Notes under the pieces: generated by a model
Told to the model about the DNA's origin: nothing
Seen by the model: only the letters and a program-made list of their open reading frames with translations
Databases searched by the model: none
Virus record (IMG/VR): IMGVR_UViG_3300033076_001048
Span: 9,766 to 73,765 of that record
DNA from: a virus
Taxonomy: Duplodnaviria; Caudoviricetes
Reading direction: 5' to 3' (one strand)
Length of the DNA: 64,000 nt
Part shown: positions 48,553-57,959 of the stretch, in pieces
How positions within the stretch are numbered: the stretch's first letter is position 1
Layout of the letters: every line of letters begins with the position of its first letter
Made by a program: the position numbers and the translations under genes

Positions 48553-50307
48553 TTATTTTATCACAATTACCTGATATGTAATACTACTGTTTCCGCCTTT
48601 GATATGGAAATAATAAGTACCACCACTCAAGTCAGACAAATTTACATTAACAGAATTTTCACCTTTGATAACATTTGTCTGAGTCACATTTTTAACAATT
48701 CTTCCATTCAAATCAGTCAAATAAACATCAGCATTGAATGATTGTGTTGATGAGAAGTCAACAGTATATTGACCTTCAGTTGGGTTAGGGTAAGCATTCA
48801 CCGATGTTACTTTTCCAACAGTCTTTACATGTAATACACCATATAAACCTAAAACACCATATTCAAAGTTTGATGGATATTCTGTTGTTGGTCTAAAATC
48901 AGGTTCATTAAAATTGTTTGTATTAACCAATATACCTGGTACGAAAGTATTGGTATCAATAAAATTATTGTTTATCGAATTACGAACCCAACTATCTAAT
49001 AGATTCACATTACCACCTGAACTAACCTCAACCAAACCTGTATTGGTTGCTCCAACAGGTGCAGATGCTTTAACACCATAGATGTAGTTGTTTCTAAACA
49101 AATTATTTTTGTCGGAAATTGTTTTTGATTTAACACCCGAGTTAACTAACACTGAATCACCATCAAACATCACAAAGTTTCTGTAACCCATAAAGATTGA
49201 GTTAACAATGCTTAAACGAGAGTTTCTACGAATTCTTACTCCACGTCTGAACGCACCCTTTTGTGTTGTTGTTAATTGAGACCAAGTCATACCTGCAGGT
49301 ATTGGACCAACACAAGTAATGTTTGAGAATACTGCAGATGTTAATGGTAATCTACCTGAACCTGAAGCGTCATTGTCTGACTCAAATGTTTCTGAAGTTG
49401 ATGCTCCTGATGGTGAGTTCCAAGATAAATCATATAATTGCGAATCCTTAAATGCAATACCAAATTGAACCGCACCTGTATATCCAAAGTCGGTATCAAA
49501 ATCATCATCAGTAGTTTTGAATGAAATTAGATGTTTACAGTTAACCGTACCACCGAACCACTCATACGAATCATCATTTGAGTATGAAACTTGAACATGG
49601 TCAACAGTAGTATTTCTTCCGACTGAAGCCAAAGTCAACCCATTGATTTCTTTGTTAGGTTCAAACGCCAAACCACAAAATTCAATTCTCGTGTACTTTA
49701 TAACACCACTATTATCATCATCATTGATACCACCGTGTTTTGCTAATGTTGAGTTTGTTTTAATGTTATTAAATCCTTCAACTTGGATATCAGTACCTTG
49801 GTTATTTCTTGCATTACCACAAATAACAATTCCACCCCAATCACCTCTACCTCTATATTGACTACCCTTTGCCGATGTAAACACAACAGGTCTAGCTGAA
49901 GTTCCTTCACATGAAATATAACCACCTCTTTCAACTACGATTGTTGCATATTGTTTTGGTGTCATACTTAAATTAGCAATACCTCTGATTATAGTTCCAG
50001 CAGGGATAATCAATTTACCACCGTTTCTAACAACAACAACGCTTCTTAATAAGTAAGTTATTTTTTCATCCAAAGTTACAGTTCCAGTAATCTCAATAAT
50101 ACCTGTTGGGCTATTGAAAGTTGTGGTGTCCCATCCATAATCAGCCGCCCAATACATGGTTTTAGGGTTCCAATTTGTCCATCCAATAGTCCAATCTTTT
50201 GATTTGTCTGCCGATAAGGCACCAACGTAATTTACCTTCTCAAAAAATTGAGCATGTCCTGTAATACACAACAAGACCGATAATAATGTAATAATTATTT
50301 TTTTCAT
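48553..50307 (-). CDS. secreted beta-helix protein with T9SS type A sorting domain
   Basis: Signal peptide; TRIEFCG..EINGLTLASVG..DDSYEWFGG; AYPNPT..GTYYFHI..YQVIVIK. Confidence 0.85.
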   Translation of the reverse strand: MKKIIITLLSVLLCITGHAQFFEKVNYVGALSADKSKDWTIGWTNWNPKTMYWAADYGWDTTTFNSPTGIIEITGTVTLDEKITYLLRSVVVVRNGGKLIIPAGTIIRGIANLSMTPKQYATIVVERGGYISCEGTSARPVVFTSAKGSQYRGRGDWGGIVICGNARNNQGTDIQVEGFNNIKTNSTLAKHGGINDDDNSGVIKYTRIEFCGLAFEPNKEINGLTLASVGRNTTVDHVQVSYSNDDSYEWFGGTVNCKHLISFKTTDDDFDTDFGYTGAVQFGIAFKDSQLYDLSWNSPSGASTSETFESDNDASGSGRLPLTSAVFSNITCVGPIPAGMTWSQLTTTQKGAFRRGVRIRRNSRLSIVNSIFMGYRNFVMFDGDSVLVNSGVKSKTISDKNNLFRNNYIYGVKASAPVGATNTGLVEVSSGGNVNLLDSWVRNSINNNFIDTNTFVPGILVNTNNFNEPDFRPTTEYPSNFEYGVLGLYGVLHVKTVGKVTSVNAYPNPTEGQYTVDFSSTQSFNADVYLTDLNGRIVKNVTQTNVIKGENSVNVNLSDLSGGTYYFHIKGGNSSITYQVIVIK

Positions 50308-50375
50308 ATTTTTTAATTTAACCAATAAGTAGTAAAAAAATATCAGATTAACACTAATATAATATTAACATTATG

Positions 50376-50873
50376 TTATGAATTATACCAATGTGGTATA
50401 TCCCTCATTTTCCAAACCGCAAACCCTGATTTAGCACCACAATAGTAGTTTCTATATGATTGAACAACGTCGTCAACTTTATATTCATCAGGCATTGCCT
50501 TAGCAGGTTCAGTAAATCCTTCATCAAGAATGTTGGGTTTATTTGTAATACACCATTCAATAACATCCTGAGATTTGTGACGTTTACCGTAACGGTGTGT
50601 ATATTCATTACATAACTCCAAACCAAGTTCACACAAGTACAAATAGTTACTCAAACTTTCACGTGCCCAAATAGCACAAGGGTGATTTTTATGAGACAAT
50701 TTGTATGGTATTTGGTCGTGACTTGGGGGGTCGACTTGAGGGGTGACTTGGGGGGTCATGTGATGAACTCCACATAACAATTGTGCAGTTTCTAATATCA
50801 TTTTTACCACGTGTTTATCCACGTGATACTGAGCACATTTTTTAACATCCCAATCCAATATGAAAATATTCAT
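50376..50873 (-). CDS. pyrimidine-dimer DNA glycosylase-like family protein
   Basis: MNIFILD..HVDKHVVKMILETAQLLC; HKNHPCAIW; VQSYRNYY. Confidence 0.7.
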   Translation of the reverse strand: MNIFILDWDVKKCAQYHVDKHVVKMILETAQLLCGVHHMTPQVTPQVDPPSHDQIPYKLSHKNHPCAIWARESLSNYLYLCELGLELCNEYTHRYGKRHKSQDVIEWCITNKPNILDEGFTEPAKAMPDEYKVDDVVQSYRNYYCGAKSGFAVWKMRDIPHWYNS

Positions 50874-50934
50874 AATACAAAGATACTACAAATTATTAAA
50901 AATAAAAAACCCCCAACTTTCGTTGAGGGTTAAA

Positions 50935-51115
50935 GTGTCTGTCCGTGTTGTTAAATTCATTAAAATGAGTTTTGACGTTAAAGATGTTTGAACCATTTGA
51001 CGAGTTGAACTTCTGAATCTGTTGAATGCTAATCAGTGTCACTTATCTGAGTCTAGTAGAATGTATGGATGTAGGATAACCTACCGAATAAAACCCACTG
51101 ACAACAAACACAATA
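50935..51115 (-). ncRNA. candidate structured 3' RNA with ~8-nt periodic UCA repeats
   Basis: GTAGG/CCTAC and CAGTG/CACTG helices, periodic motif, terminator at 50903-50932. Confidence 0.4.
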
Positions 51116-51117
51116 TC

Positions 51118-51552
51118 TTAAATGTTGGTTACCGCATTATGTGCGTCCAACTCAGATTGAATTTCATCAATCATTGATTCATATTGGTTAACCATTTGGT
51201 CTCTTTCAACTTCAGAAATTACTGTGGTCATATGACGGGTTGTTGAATCACCATATCTTTCTTTAACAACAACACCTTCGGTGCAATTCAAACTTCTCAA
51301 ATACTTAATGGCCGATTTGTATTCTGCCATTCTGAATATTTTTTCATACACTGACACATTTGCCATATGAATTTTGGTTTTTAATTCCACCAATTCTTCA
51401 ACGGCTGTCATTGCTTCACTCAAACTATCTTTAGGGTTATAACTTCTATGACCGCCCTGGTCCATAGAGTTGAACCTATTTGTTCTGTCCATCAAATCAA
51501 CAATTTTTTTCGCCAATTTGTTCTTTTCTTTCAATGCTTGTTTAATGTTCAT
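51118..51552 (-). CDS. helical protein, DIP1984/DUF6847-like
   Basis: IKQALKEKNKL..LKTKIHMAN..EIQSELDAHNA. Confidence 0.55.
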   Translation of the reverse strand: MNIKQALKEKNKLAKKIVDLMDRTNRFNSMDQGGHRSYNPKDSLSEAMTAVEELVELKTKIHMANVSVYEKIFRMAEYKSAIKYLRSLNCTEGVVVKERYGDSTTRHMTTVISEVERDQMVNQYESMIDEIQSELDAHNAVTNI

Positions 51553-51565
51553 ATGTGAAATTATA

Positions 51566-52168
51566 TTAAATGTTTTCTGTTATGTCAAGTTCCTGAGTGT
51601 AATTTAATTCGATGACGGTTTTTTCCAACATTGACTTAGCAATCTCGTAGTAATGCTGGTTAAAACCATCTTTATTACGTGGTGATGGTAATACATGTAC
51701 AAAGTGATTTCTTTGATTGTATAACATGTCAGAGTCATCGTCAATGATAATATAGTTTTCAACACCAGACTTATCTATATACTCTTGTTGTATAACCTCA
51801 TCCCAATTAATATGTTGGAATTGTAAATCGTTATTTAGGTAATATCCAATTTCCATTCCTCTTGGGATATGAAGTCCTTTGGTTCTTAAACTTGGAGTAA
51901 TACCAATTATCTCACCTCTCATTTCTTCCATCTCCCAAACCTTTTTCATAAACTCAATTCCACTATGTCTCCACGTTGAACTAATTACAATCTTGGCACC
52001 TGTCTCATCAATTAATTTATTAAGGAGTTCTTTACTGCGAACACAGAATCTTTGGTAGTGGTCTTTTCTACCATCCTCCCAAGTCCATTCCTGGTACTGA
52101 CACTCACCATTACGGTAAGCACTTTCACAGTTTAGAACCCCATCAATATCTAAAAAAATAATTTTCAT
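51566..52168 (-). CDS. HAD phosphatase, RNA-repair-associated type
   Basis: IFLDIDGVLN; IVISSTWR; YIIIDDDSDM. Confidence 0.8.
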   Translation of the reverse strand: MKIIFLDIDGVLNCESAYRNGECQYQEWTWEDGRKDHYQRFCVRSKELLNKLIDETGAKIVISSTWRHSGIEFMKKVWEMEEMRGEIIGITPSLRTKGLHIPRGMEIGYYLNNDLQFQHINWDEVIQQEYIDKSGVENYIIIDDDSDMLYNQRNHFVHVLPSPRNKDGFNQHYYEIAKSMLEKTVIELNYTQELDITENI

Positions 52169-52169
52169 T

Positions 52170-52370
52170 TTACCATTCCTCTACATTACTAAAATCTTTT
52201 TCTACTTTGGCAGCATGACTATAAACAATTAACCCTACACCAATTCCGTTTGGTGAGAATGTGTAATCATACGACCCATACTCACCAAAAACTTTTTTAA
52301 TGGAATCCATCCACTCTTGGATTTCTTTCTGTTGTCTTTCTGTTAGTTCAAATTTAGTTATCATAATCAC
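52170..52370 (-). CDS. small hypothetical protein
   Basis: ORF track. Confidence 0.55.
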   Translation of the reverse strand: MIMITKFELTERQQKEIQEWMDSIKKVFGEYGSYDYTFSPNGIGVGLIVYSHAAKVEKDFSNVEEW

Positions 52371-52768
52371 TCTGCTTTACACTTATAATACCAAACGGTA
52401 TCACTAAATTCAACAATAAAGAATATATAACCAGGCGCATCAGGTACTGGCATTACTAACAAATTACAAAATTGACCCTCACTGTTGGTACATCTGTAAC
52501 TAATAGCTTCCTCAGTTTTTCTATTAACACCAACCAAATGATATTCTTGAGTTTCTTGAGAATAAACTATTGCCTTTGTTTCGGTTACTTTAATTAAAAC
52601 ATTAACATATTGAGTTTTACCCCAAGAAATCTCAGCACCCTGTTCTTGTCGAAACCCAAGTGTGACTGTACTAGCTCTTAAAAATAAATTGGATTGAGCA
52701 TAAGAGCAAACACTAGTTAATACAAATAACAATATACTTAATAACTTTTTCATAGTTTTATTTTTCAT
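52367..52768 (-). CDS. secreted hypothetical protein
   Basis: Signal peptide. Confidence 0.6.
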   Translation of the reverse strand: MKNKTMKKLLSILLFVLTSVCSYAQSNLFLRASTVTLGFRQEQGAEISWGKTQYVNVLIKVTETKAIVYSQETQEYHLVGVNRKTEEAISYRCTNSEGQFCNLLVMPVPDAPGYIFFIVEFSDTVWYYKCKAE

Positions 52769-53792
52769 TCAATAAAAATTTATTTGAAATTGCTTTGAAT
52801 GATATTGTTCCGTCCATAGAACGAACAACGACACCTTCACGTTCAGTCTTGTCGTTCAAAGCAGATTTACCTTCAGCATATTTCAACATTTCTTCAACTG
52901 TGTCAGGTAATAGGAACCCGAAGTCTTGGTTTAACACTGGAACATATTTTAGACCCATGTCAGATAACATAACAACTAACTCAGGGAAAGGAATTCTCTG
53001 ATATTTGTCAATATCAAACCCTGTAAAAAATCTTACAGTGTGTCCTTTAATCCCATATGGGTTTCCTTGAATTCCTTCACCGATTAATTCACCTTGTAAA
53101 GAAATGTTTTTTCCTGTTGCTTTCATGTTCTCTTCTAAATTCAATTCACGAGCAACTTTCCAAAAAGTATTTCCTTCAGTTTCAACCAATTCTAAATTAC
53201 GAGAACACACACCAAACTCACTATCTTTAATGTAGTAAGTTGCTGAAGAACCATCCAACTTCTCAGTTACATAAAATTGATGTTTAGATTGGAATTTCCA
53301 TTCTTCATATTCTTTGGTTAAGTTTTGAACTCTTTCTTCATCAGTTTTTGGAATAAAAGATGGAAACAATCCTTTAACTTTACCTGAAAGTTCTGCAGGA
53401 ATTGGTGGTTCGTATTTTACAATATCAAGCATTTCAGTAACATCCATACCTTCAGGTAATGTGTTTGCACTTGCAAATTGTGTAATTGGAAGAACACTAA
53501 TAGGTAAGATAAGTCCTTGTGATACTTGTCCACGAAGTTTAATTGTTTTTAAACGAAAACCTTCTTGGTCACCCATTTTTTTGTATGAAGATTTACGTAA
53601 AAACTCAAACTCTTCTTTGATAGGTAAGAAAGAATCAATCTCACAATATACAACTTTGTCACCTACCTTGTGTCCCACATTTTTTGCAACAACAACATTC
53701 CAACCACCAACGGTTGCAAGTTCAATCATATCCGCACCATCAATAGGGCGAATGTCTGTAATTTGTCTAATAGACGCTAACTTTCTTTCCAT
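52758..53792 (-). CDS. RNA ligase, DRB0094/Rnl5-like
   Basis: RKLASI..IDGADMIE OB domain; KTDEERVQN; TEKLDGSS; EGVV; FKAISNKFL. Confidence 0.9.
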   Translation of the reverse strand: MERKLASIRQITDIRPIDGADMIELATVGGWNVVVAKNVGHKVGDKVVYCEIDSFLPIKEEFEFLRKSSYKKMGDQEGFRLKTIKLRGQVSQGLILPISVLPITQFASANTLPEGMDVTEMLDIVKYEPPIPAELSGKVKGLFPSFIPKTDEERVQNLTKEYEEWKFQSKHQFYVTEKLDGSSATYYIKDSEFGVCSRNLELVETEGNTFWKVARELNLEENMKATGKNISLQGELIGEGIQGNPYGIKGHTVRFFTGFDIDKYQRIPFPELVVMLSDMGLKYVPVLNQDFGFLLPDTVEEMLKYAEGKSALNDKTEREGVVVRSMDGTISFKAISNKFLLNEK

Positions 53793-53970
53793 TATTGTTT
53801 GATTATTACGGTATCACCTTCGTTATGTTTAACTGTACTAAAATAAACACCAGTTTGGTCTGTTGTTATATTTTTAGCATCATACTTATATCCATTCTGT
53901 TCTTGTGAATTACAGCACAAAATTACTAATACAATTATTGTTTTCATACGACAAAGATACAATAAAGATT

Positions 53971-54987
53971 TTAAATATCAAAAGGTGTTACACTGAAAAT
54001 TACTTCACTTACAGATGGACATTTACTAAATATTTCAAATTCGATTGTTTGTCTAAAATCATCTAAACTTGTTGTTGTAATCAAATCATTGTTTAAATAA
54101 TAGGAAAGTTTTCCCGCTTGTTCCAAAACATCAAGTTTATTAATAATAAGTTCAGTAACCCCATTAATATTACAAGCCATAACCAAGTCATTAATGTTTA
54201 ACCAATCGACCTGTCTTTTTCTACCTGTGGTTGCACCATATTCTTGCCCAATTTCTCTAATTGTTTCAAAATATGGACTACTACCTTCAAAATTCTTCGA
54301 ACCAACATATGTACGATATGCTTTAGCAATACCATAAATGTTTCTAATCTTTTGTGGTGGAACTCCATTCAATACTGCAGAACCTACAGTACAATGTGAA
54401 GATGTAACATAAGGATAATCACCCCAATCAATATCAAGTTCAAAACCTTGAGCGCCTTCAAATAAAATTTTACAATGATTTGTCTTGTGGTCACTGTGTA
54501 ATTCTTCATAGATGTCAATAACCATATCTTTTAAGAATTTAACATCACCAGCTCTTAAACCTTTTCTATAATATTTGTCTCTATAACAAGGACCGTTACC
54601 TGTTTTAGTAGTACCAATTTCAGTATCTTTTGAATCTTCTTCAACGTGTGAATCAGTAATGACATGGACTCTTTTGTCAATAAACAAATTACCCATTACT
54701 TGAATTCCATTGTCCGAAAGTTCTTTCATTTCTTGTGTTAATTTGTTTATGTTGATAACACAACCAGGTCCTATAATTGATTTGATACCATAAAGAACAC
54801 CAACAGGAATAAAGTGAGTAACAAATTTTTTACCGTTGTGGTATACAGTGTGTCCCGCATTTCCACCACCATTATATCTGATAACGTGTGTATACTCTTT
54901 TGGTTTTTTTGCAAGTGCATGGGCAACCTTACCCTTACCTGTATCCCCAGCTTGGAGGTCTACAATAACATCTGCGTAATGTATCAT
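53971..54987 (-). CDS. purA: adenylosuccinate synthetase (short form)
   Basis: LQAGDTGKGK, RYNGGGNAGH, FEGAQG, GATTGRKR, NKLDVL. Confidence 0.9.
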   Translation of the reverse strand: MIHYADVIVDLQAGDTGKGKVAHALAKKPKEYTHVIRYNGGGNAGHTVYHNGKKFVTHFIPVGVLYGIKSIIGPGCVININKLTQEMKELSDNGIQVMGNLFIDKRVHVITDSHVEEDSKDTEIGTTKTGNGPCYRDKYYRKGLRAGDVKFLKDMVIDIYEELHSDHKTNHCKILFEGAQGFELDIDWGDYPYVTSSHCTVGSAVLNGVPPQKIRNIYGIAKAYRTYVGSKNFEGSSPYFETIREIGQEYGATTGRKRQVDWLNINDLVMACNINGVTELIINKLDVLEQAGKLSYYLNNDLITTTSLDDFRQTIEFEIFSKCPSVSEVIFSVTPFDI

Positions 54988-54988
54988 A

Positions 54989-55294
54989 TTATCTTAATCT
55001 TCTATATTGAATTCTTTGAATTGTATCACCAACATGAAATTCTGTTCTACCTGAAATTACCCCGCTGTCTTTTGTCATTGCATAATACATAGGGTCAAAT
55101 TGAAGTGTGTTAATTTCACCAGGTTTTTTAACCCATACTGAATCTACTGTAGTTGTTGTAATACGTTTTTCGTAATTTGTTTGAGGTTGACTACATCCTG
55201 TTAAATTCAAAACCACAAACACCATCATGATTGCCCATAGTATTAAAAATACCACGGCAAGTTTTTCTCTTAAATTGTTTAATTTTGGTACCAT
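54989..55294 (-). CDS. membrane/lipoprotein, hypothetical
   Basis: Hydrophobic segment ending LTGC. Confidence 0.6.
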   Translation of the reverse strand: MVPKLNNLREKLAVVFLILWAIMMVFVVLNLTGCSQPQTNYEKRITTTTVDSVWVKKPGEINTLQFDPMYYAMTKDSGVISGRTEFHVGDTIQRIQYRRLR

Positions 55295-55330
55295 AATGCA
55301 AAGATATGGATTTAAAAAACAAGAATCAAC

Positions 55331-55621
55331 TTATTTGGACATCAAAAAATCTAAATACATTTTGATTGTTCGTCTAATCACCGAAGTATCAATGTTTTGA
55401 AATTTTTCAAGAGATTCAATTTCGTTAAATAATCTATTTGTAATTTCTTTTTTTGACCCTAAATGTCTTATTTTGTCATCAATAAAAATATAATCAAACG
55501 TAAAATGTTCAGTCTTTGTTGTTTTTTTTGGATAATTTCTTCTCAAGAAATTAAAAACTTCTTCACTGGTGTTACCACTGTACTTTGATAAAATTTTATT
55601 TTTATTTGATTCACTAATCAT
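55331..55621 (-). CDS. hypothetical protein
   Basis: ORF track. Confidence 0.65.
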   Translation of the reverse strand: MISESNKNKILSKYSGNTSEEVFNFLRRNYPKKTTKTEHFTFDYIFIDDKIRHLGSKKEITNRLFNEIESLEKFQNIDTSVIRRTIKMYLDFLMSK

Positions 55622-55749
55622 ATTTATAAATACTAATTTTTATCTTTCATTTCTCTATCAAATGAAAAAATCATAAAAGAAGTCAAACACACAATAAAAA
55701 TTATGTCCACCATATATTACAATAATAAGAAAAATTAATATATTTATCA

Positions 55750-56145
55750 ATGATGAAAAAAATGTCAGTCGAAAAGTATAAAACTTTAACCGATTCAGAT
55801 AAAAAAGAAATTGAGAAATTATTTTTTGAAACTCTTAAAGAAGAAGTTGAAAACTTATTTCCTTTTTTAAAAGTTGAAAAAGTTGATTTTGGTAATTATT
55901 GGGAACAGGTTGATGAAGAATCTAATCGTTGGAAAGAACTTTCAGGATTTGTAATGTCGAATGGTAAGACATTTATTCGATTACCTGATGTTTCTGACTT
56001 TATTGCTAGTGGTCAATCAAAAATAGAATATAGTAGTACTATATATGAAGCGCAATCAAATATTTTTGAGTTTTTTGGATTACCAAATACTGTAATTGGA
56101 ATAACTTTGGCATGGGGTAACAAGGGTGATTATGATTATATCTAA
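55750..56145 (+). CDS. hypothetical protein
   Basis: ORF track. Confidence 0.6.
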   Translation: MMKKMSVEKYKTLTDSDKKEIEKLFFETLKEEVENLFPFLKVEKVDFGNYWEQVDEESNRWKELSGFVMSNGKTFIRLPDVSDFIASGQSKIEYSSTIYEAQSNIFEFFGLPNTVIGITLAWGNKGDYDYI

Positions 56146-56501
56146 TCAATCTTAATCCATTTTCGTGATGTTTCAAATCTGAAACTACCAACGTGTACTT
56201 GTTTCCAACTTTCAGGTCCAATTAAAGATAAAAAATCACTTCCATCATTTCTTTGATAAAGATAGTATGTTTCACCAATTATAGGTTCAAAATTAAATGC
56301 CGCTTTGTAAACTCTATGAGTCCATTCGTATTCATCAAGTAATTTTAGATACTCACGTTTAATCTCCTCGTACTTAGCATCAAACTCGTGGTTGGCTTTA
56401 ACTACAGTATGTGTTTTCCAACCTTGAATGTCTTCAAGTTTGATTGCTGGTGCTCCAATATTATCACCGTAATGTAATAGAGCGTGTTTTTTTTCATCCA
56501 T
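56142..56501 (-). CDS. DUF2452-like protein
   Basis: YGDNIGAPAI..FEPIIGETYYLY..LSLIGPESW. Confidence 0.7.
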   Translation of the reverse strand: MDEKKHALLHYGDNIGAPAIKLEDIQGWKTHTVVKANHEFDAKYEEIKREYLKLLDEYEWTHRVYKAAFNFEPIIGETYYLYQRNDGSDFLSLIGPESWKQVHVGSFRFETSRKWIKID

Positions 56502-56521
56502 TATGGATTAATATAATAAAT

Positions 56522-57379
56522 TTAAATGTGGTTTTCAATTTCACCAAAATTTATATTAGAAAACTTTTGGTTTTTTTCATCTTTCAAAAGTCCTAAAAAA
56601 TAAACACTTTGTGATTCAATTTCATCGTTTTGGAAAATGTAATCTCCTTCAGTAACTGTCCCTGAATAATCATATAAATTAACACTATATTTTAAATCAC
56701 CAACAATATCCTTAATTTTAGGGTCATTATACGCTTCAAATTTTTCTAAAGTTCTAAATTCACTTTTTGTTGTTAACCCAGCAACTAAATAAGCCGTATA
56801 CTCAAAATATTGGTCACCTTCAACAATTCCATCTCCACCGCATTCATTACATTCAACATATCTATCACCATCACAATTTGTACATGTTTCTTGACCACTA
56901 CCATCACAATCATCACAATTCACATATCCATCCCCATTACACTCTTCACATGAATCTCCTTCACTATCAGTACCGTCACCATCACAAGTTTGACAATTAA
57001 TTTGACCTTTTCCTCCACAATTAGAACATTCATCAGTTCCACTTCCATCGCACCAACGACATTCAATGTCACCACTTCCAAGACATTCTTCACATTCATT
57101 ATTTTGGTTTTCTAATATGTCAGTTTCTAACCACCAAAATATAGATATATTGTCAAATATTTTCTTTAAATCATTGTCTGAATACCCTTTTTGAAGTTTA
57201 AAAAAAACACCAAATATTATTTGTGCGTATTCTTCAACGGTCATATCAGTCAAAATGTTTTTAAAAAATTTTCTTCTGTTCAGTTCTCCAACAATGTTGT
57301 TAAGACTGTACATAATTTTTTCATCGTTTGATAATTCATCAACTATTATATCTATTATATCAATTATTGGAAATTTCAT
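56522..57379 (-). CDS. protein with eight DnaJ-type CxxCxGxG motifs, no J domain
   Basis: CEECLGSG through CNECGGDG. Confidence 0.8.
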   Translation of the reverse strand: MKFPIIDIIDIIVDELSNDEKIMYSLNNIVGELNRRKFFKNILTDMTVEEYAQIIFGVFFKLQKGYSDNDLKKIFDNISIFWWLETDILENQNNECEECLGSGDIECRWCDGSGTDECSNCGGKGQINCQTCDGDGTDSEGDSCEECNGDGYVNCDDCDGSGQETCTNCDGDRYVECNECGGDGIVEGDQYFEYTAYLVAGLTTKSEFRTLEKFEAYNDPKIKDIVGDLKYSVNLYDYSGTVTEGDYIFQNDEIESQSVYFLGLLKDEKNQKFSNINFGEIENHI

Positions 57380-57400
57380 TATATATAAGTATTTATCAAT

Positions 57401-57958
57401 ATGGATTTCTCTAAAGAACAAATAATACAAATAATTGACTTTATTATCAGTGAAGATGATTTAACACCTGATAAATTTGTAAAGTATGGGAATGAATCTA
57501 ATATTTGGGCAATTGAAAGTTTTGCAAAAAACATAACGACTAGTATTAGAGTTTTTAATTTAGATAGTGATGATGTTGACTTTATTTTTCATTTTTATTT
57601 AGAAAACTATAAGAAAATTTTAGATAACAGTTTGACCGTTGAAAATATGGTCATTCCTGTTAAGAAAAATTATGATTTAACAACAAAATGTATGTACAGT
57701 AAATCAGGTTTTGAATATTATTCGTACAAAAAAAACATATATTCAATTAAATCAATATATTGGGACTATGACCAAGGCGACTTTTATCCTAATGAAGGTA
57801 AATTAGTTGATGAAGATGAAGGTAATTATGAAATGCATGAATGGGAAATTTGGGATTCATCAATTGATAATAATGTTAAAGAATCAAAAGAAGAAAGACT
57901 AAAAAAATTAATAGCAATAAAAGAAATTGTAGATAAAAAAATCAAAGAATTATTATAA
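57401..57958 (+). CDS. acidic hypothetical protein
   Basis: Resembles 4717-5166 in its C-terminal half. Confidence 0.65.
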   Translation: MDFSKEQIIQIIDFIISEDDLTPDKFVKYGNESNIWAIESFAKNITTSIRVFNLDSDDVDFIFHFYLENYKKILDNSLTVENMVIPVKKNYDLTTKCMYSKSGFEYYSYKKNIYSIKSIYWDYDQGDFYPNEGKLVDEDEGNYEMHEWEIWDSSIDNNVKESKEERLKKLIAIKEIVDKKIKELL

Positions 57959-57959
57959 T

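Noticed and set aside
53971-54987. PurZ (2-aminoadenine genome)
   Set aside because: Keeps Asp in GDTGKGK as in PurA; PurZ has Ser there; no dATPase seen in the window.
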